From NCBI RefSeq assembly GCF_964204645.1, contig NW_027437436.1, positions 62,001 through 126,000 on the forward strand: 64,000 nucleotides of DNA. The letters run 5' to 3'. Source of the stretch: Tubulanus polymorphus (taxonomy: Eukaryota; Animalia; Nemertea). The notes beneath the pieces are model-generated. The model was not told where the DNA came from. It did not search any database and was given only the letters and a program-made list of their open reading frames with translations. Position 1 is the stretch's first letter. Every line of letters begins with the position of its first letter. A program made the translations under genes and the position numbers. Positions 58,401 to 64,000 of this stretch are shown piece by piece.

Positions 58401-60519
58401 GGGTTCCCCCATTTTGTTCGCAGTGCGCATGCTCAGTTGTATTTTTGAACAGATGCGTGGAATCGATGAACACCAATACCGCAACACCGTCGAGAACTGT
58501 GTTACTGTATTGTAGGCATGTGCCCGCGTTCGTAATAAGGGCGTAAACTATTGTTAATACACTGATACATACGTGTGTACGGTCTACTACTTATCGGACG
58601 GAAAACCTGCTCATCAAACCCGGAAGTAGCGTTTGCTTACTCGATCATATTGTTTAGAACTTACACAGAAAAGACTTTTTGATGAGTGTAACGAATTAGA
58701 AATTTGCCTCACAGAGATCAACTTTTGGAGAATACTTAATGCATAAAATGAGATTCCAAATTTTAAATTTCCAAACCACATTATCCAATGCAGCCCCTTT
58801 GAAAGAGATTCGAATGATTTTGATTTCGATCTTTTATTTTCAATCATACTAATTTCCCTTTCAAGCATGTATGTGCAATCATTTGAAAGCTTAACGACGG
58901 CAGAAAATCAATTTCAAAACTTTTCATCGTATAAAATAGTAAAAAAGGTGCCCGGGTTGACGGGTATATTTGACGCAATTTTGATTGTAGGTTTAGCCGC
59001 GAACAACGCTGATACAGCTTGTGTAGTGCACCACACGTGTGGGTCCGGTGTTTACAAACATAATGGAAAGCATGCGAACTGCAAACAAGATGGCGGAAAC
59101 TAAATCGCCCCGTAGTGTGAGAAAAATGCGGATGGGTTCGTTTTTAACTTGGTTTGAACAGAAGAGGGGTATTGTGCCCGCCCCTTATATGGTGCTTAGA
59201 TGCAGATATGGCCTCGGGCGATTTCTGGCTGGTTATCAATTAGATGGATGATTCATTCGCACGTTTTCTAAAAACATCTTTTAAATGATATTCTGTTTTC
59301 CTTGATCGTGTATTTCAAGTCGTAGCAATTTTTGCTATCGTACTCGCAAACGATAAGGAGGAAGCGTTTCTGAAAACTTGTAATCAACAGTGCGCCGCGC
59401 AAGCAGGAAGCGTTCCCGAAGAACAAAGAGAAATGATGTCAGCTATGTGTGACAAGTACGTTCATTTTCTTCTCTTAATCAGTGCAATAATTCGTCACTG
59501 GTTCAAGTGATATATTAATGTGTTCATTAATGGGAAAATGATGAGCTTTAACTGCGGGAAAATAAGTCATGGAGGATAAATGAAATATCTAAAATGTTGA
59601 ATTCTCATTGCCAGGATGTGTAAGCTTACCGCTCCGTGTATGTCAAACTGTGCCGCAGGGCCTTCATCTGAAATGGATGCGTGTATGCAGAAATGTCAGG
59701 ATGATGCACGACGCGTCGCCATGGGTCACCAATAAATTCAACTGAATTTCCGTCAACTTGTAAACATCGTTATAATTAAACGTTCAATCTGAGACAATTC
59801 ACGATAAGTTTCTCGTATTTCTTCACTATGATTGAAGTGTTCATTTTATACTTGAATCGTTAATTTGGGTCTATACTCAATACCGATAGAAAATTGCTCG
59901 GTCGTCATTTTTAAAACATCGAATCCATTCGAAAATTGAAAGAGGAAAATTACGTTTTATCAGTGTCGACACCACAATACTTCATGTTTTGAATTTAAAT
60001 TTGTATGGTTTATGACGATTCCATCTACTAGAAGTTCGCGGTGAGATATTCGTACATTCTATTTCGCTTTCTTTATTTGAACTTCGCAAGTCGGATGGGT
60101 TTTATATGAGATAGGTCCTTTTTGACGTCTAGGAGCAAATGCGACACTTTGTTACAGGAAACCAATAAATTTGGATCGCGCTGAGCGACACTACTGACAA
60201 GCGTATCGGACTAAAGGACAACAAAGAGAAGCATGATACCATTCACATGATGTATTTTCATCTAATTTTTTTAGGCATTTTAATCGGAATCAAGATAATC
60301 CACATAATGTTAAGACCTGGGAGATAGATTCATCATTTACCGAATATACGAAATAATTTCGACTAGATTGAATCTCAGTTACAATGTGGAGCTTAAACTC
60401 CGTTACGTTAACGATAACACACAAACTTCCGGCAAGTGTAGATACGATATAACATGATATTGATATAAGTATACAAAGTGCTTTCTACTAGAAATGGTTG
60501 GTTTTTTTAAATATTTTTG

Positions 60520-61700
60520 ACTTTATTTGACAAAAAAAATTATAATGTTCAAGGTTTGCTCAGGTACAAAGAACATTTATAGCAACACCATAATAATAAT
60601 TGTTAACAAGAAAAGGGTCAAGTCATGTACATTATTAACATATAGATACATAAGATTGGAAGAACATAAGAGAGAAAAGAAAACGATAACAATAACAACA
60701 GTGGTAATAATTGAAATGTGATGAGAGAAAAAAGAAAACAATTTAAAAAAAGAACAGAAAATTAATTAAGGAAAGAAAACAATTGTCGGTTACTAAACAG
60801 TGTGCTGGTGGTCATGTATAAATTTTGCAGTATTCCGAGTGACTGTAGAGTTAATGTTGAATGAAAAGTTAGAGTCGCCAAATAGTAGTATATGACATTT
60901 TTCAGATAACGATTTTGAAAAGAAAAAGTTAGATAAATCAGGGGATATTTCATCAAGGTTTGTAAGTAGTGGCTGGATGTGACATCGATAAAGGAAATGC
61001 CGGCACTGAATTAAGAAGTGCTGCCGACTAAGTTTAGCGTTACAAAAATGACAGAGTGGATTTGTATTGACAAAATTGTGGGAGTTGGGAGCGAAGAAAA
61101 AGGTCAACCCTTACTCTATTCAGACATATCTCCTCCTTGCGATTAAGGTTCGGAAAAAATTTTTTCTAATTCTTCCTATAACAGATTTTGCTCTTGAACT
61201 GAGATAAGGTAGGAATTTTACGAGTTATTACATCAGTGTTATTCCAGGCTATTATTAAATTCAACAGAGGAGAAGTTATAGATTTCTCAATTAAATTCGG
61301 TGGGATACGAAAAGGTAAAGAATTTCGCATGTCTCTAGCTGGATGCTTGCGGTAGCATTGAAAGAGAGAAGATACGTAGGGAGGTGACATGCCTTTATCT
61401 AGTTTAAACATAAAAAGTTGTTGACGTTCAAAACGTCTGGATGAAAAAGTGCCATTTTAAAACGCTAAATGCTTTGGCAGGGTTGGAGCCATGAATGCAC
61501 CCCGAGACGTTTATGGCTGCTCTATAATGCAGTCTTTCCAAACTATCAAGATTTACCTTATTTGCGCTATTGTACAGCAAATCGCAATATTCGTAACGTG
61601 GGTAAATAAATAAATGGTTTAAAGTATTCAGGTGAACGGTGTTAAGTCTGTGCGGTGATAGCTCAGGATTGAGAAGTCTTTTAATTTTTTCTGGTCGTTT
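60520..61700 (-). mobile_element. Degenerate 3' portion of a CR1/L2-group LINE
   Basis: Fragments MFKLDKGMSPPYVSSLF, AWN...PTLSQFKSKI and a CHFC...HFLIQC knuckle, typical of LINE ORF2 C-termini; frameshifted. Confidence 0.6.
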
Positions 61701-62079
61701 TAACTTTTTCTGGAAATGGTTTGTTGTACAGATAAACCAATAGAATGAGAGATATCATTATAGATGGGTAGCTTTTTTCATTTGAAGGCATCGGCTTTCG
61801 GATTCAGACGATGAGATCGATGAAAACAGTACTACGCCAGTTATTTCGCGAAAGAACTTTGACCCAAGAACACCACAACACAGAGTGATCGACGAAACAA
61901 GATTAGCTTCAATATATGAAAATCTACACACCACAGCCCCTAGATCAACACTCGTCTCGGTATTGTTGTTGCAGAACAATTCACACTCGGCACCTGCCCT
62001 TCCACAAACTATCCAGGAAATAATTGATAAGAAGAGGATTCTAAAATAATTGAAGCGATAATTTCAATGTCGAATATGC

Positions 62080-62730
62080 AAATTGAAGCACTCGAGAGTT
62101 CATCGAGAGTTCGGCAGAATTACTGGGTCCGTGTGCTACAACGTATACACCAAGGTACGTAACTTGAACGATTATCATCACTGCTCGATCGTAGGCCCAT
62201 TGATTATAATGAAAAAAACTATCTTTTCATTCAAGGTCAACACAAATCAAGGGCAGCAGATGTCGACTGCGAATTAAGTCTACTTGTTCGAATTTGTACG
62301 GCTGGTCCTTCATTAGCTGGAGTTCCAGCTCTAATTTGGGGAAACGAGAAGGAGGAACAGGCACAATTGAAGTTCCTGTCGACGATAAAAGAGAGGGGTC
62401 ATGTCGATTATTCTTTATCGGCATGTGGTCTGTTATGCGACAAACAGAAGCCCTATATCACTGCGTCCCCGGATGCTATTTTCGAATGTAAATGCTGTGG
62501 GAAGTTTGTCGCGGAAATTAAATGCCCGTATTCGATCAGAGGGGAAGACAAATTCTGGAGAATTATGACAATACGACATTTTTGGTCATGAACGGTGGTC
62601 AAATTCAACTGAATCGCAGCAGTCACTACTACAGTCATATGAACTGCGAAATGAAAGTGACGAGCATTCCGGCGTGTTTCTTCGTTGTGTGGACAGGTCA
62701 CAATGATCTGTTCATTGAACAAATTTCATT
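62080..62730 (+). pseudogene. YqaJ/lambda-exonuclease-like domain remnant (ISL2EU-type transposon accessory gene)
   Basis: RITGS, CGL...PYITASPDAI..C.CCG...EIKCPYS and HYYS.....M......CFFVVWT across frames. Confidence 0.75.
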
Positions 62731-62756
62731 TGATAATGATACTCATCGTCAGCCTT

Positions 62757-62860
62757 CAGACCTGACGATGATCTCTAGTGTGAGATCGAAACGTCGTGTT
62801 CTTATATTTTAGATTGAATCAATTAATAAATTCTCGATTTTAGATTTCTTTTAATTTGTA
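62757..62860 (+). mobile_element. Penelope-like element fragment with a minimal hammerhead ribozyme-like core
   Basis: CTGACGA-T-GATCTC-TAGTGT-GAGATC-GAAAC-GTC at 62762-62795. Confidence 0.6.
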
Positions 62861-62884
62861 AATAGTGGGAGAAAACTAAACTCC

Positions 62885-63082
62885 TTGAATTCTCGCGCGA
62901 GAAAACCAAACTTTTTGAATTCTCGCGCGAGAAAACCGAAATGTTTTGTTTTCTCGCGCGAAAAAACCAAAAGTTTTGAATTCTCGCGCGAGAAAACCAA
63001 AAAATGGGTCAATGTGAAAATTTTTTATCGTTGCTTTTGTTCTACAGAAAAATCGTTCATTGTGGCCCGAATCAGCCACCAT
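62885..63082. mobile_element. Fragment of the TGGTGGCTGATTCGGGCC TIR family with GAATTCTCGCGCGAGAAAA repeats
   Basis: Four ~30-bp repeats plus the terminus GGCCCGAATCAGCCACCATA. Confidence 0.65.
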
Positions 63083-64000
63083 AGAATCGAATCGAACTCG
63101 GCATTTTTTTCGAAAAAAAAAATCGAAGACAAGATAGTACGATGTTCAAAAGGAAGTGAAAAGTGAGAAATACTTGTACGATGAAGCGATATAAATTTGT
63201 ACAGTCCAATAGATTATTTTAACTTGTTCATTTAATTTGTCTGTATATTTCAATGTGTTATGTAAATACATGTAGGTAGCTAATATTTTCGTAAATGCCT
63301 TTAGTAATTCTAATTGTTATTATTAAATCAGCTTTTATTAATCATAAATGAAAGTTTTAATAAATCATTCAATTCGTCAGTATCATTTCCAATACATAAA
63401 GTTAATATTTTTTTCTGATGACAGGCGAGGATAGTTTGCGGACTGGCTGGTGTCGAGACAAAGGATAATGAAAACCATATCGTAAAGATAAAACGACATT
63501 AAAATTCAAGCAAAACACATCCAAATGAAAATGTCGAAAATAGCTAAATGAAATTGACATCAATCGGACGAGTGGTGCGCTCATATCACTTAAAACACTG
63601 AAGCTAAATTGAATTGAATACATTTTGGCCTATACGGCTTCCCATAGTCACCCTCCGAGGAGCTCCACTGCATATGAACTTTGAACTAAAATGGTTGGCA
63701 GCCGCTCGAAATATACGCTCATTTCGCGAAACAATGGGATAATTCTCAGGCCTACGGATGCGATAAGGTAAATCTATGGCATCCATAGAAAGATAATAAA
63801 ACACTGAAATCAATTGCTCGATACTTACCTCAAATGATATTTAAGTCGTAGATGAAGATTTATTCGTCTATTACAAAGTGATTGTTAAGCGCCATCTAGT
63901 GGTCATTGGTAACCCCGAGCAAAATGGCGTTAGAGATAAACGAAATTATCTATTGGCATCTTGGCCCAGGCCTAGTTGCAGTCGTGACTTCAGAGAACTG

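Overview
Repeat-rich eukaryotic (invertebrate-type) genomic DNA, not prokaryotic. Bases 1-14267 are the right part of an AT-rich endogenous Polinton/Maverick (adintovirus-like) element. It carries a chromo-integrase, an A32/FtsK packaging ATPase, major and minor capsid proteins, a cluster of membrane-protein genes and a group-2-type protein-primed PolB (one frameshift, one nonsense codon), and ends in a 406-bp foldback terminus. At 23161-27316 lies a 4.16-kb non-autonomous satellite of the same system. It has a 6-bp TSD (TAGGTC) and 1.68-kb gene-bearing TIRs, and shares with the Polinton a 44-nt subterminal core, promoter motifs and an internal cassette. Most Polinton and satellite genes start in one of two fixed-spacing motifs: AAT5-7-N6-8-TAAATG (capsid/membrane genes) or AATAAAAA-N9-TAAA(A)TG (replication/regulatory genes). 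These resemble poxvirus late and intermediate promoters, which suggests a virophage-like dependence on a cytoplasmic large DNA virus (inference). The host part has a phase-consistent 6-exon minus-strand gene for a ~397-aa Ig-domain transmembrane receptor with a tandem YxxM cytoplasmic array, and a degraded paralog. It also has many TEs: a pogo transposon, LINE fragments, piggyBac- and Harbinger-like MITEs, a tRNA-SINE, Penelope-type hammerhead motifs and a YqaJ remnant. All calls come from reading the sequence by eye; no searches were run.
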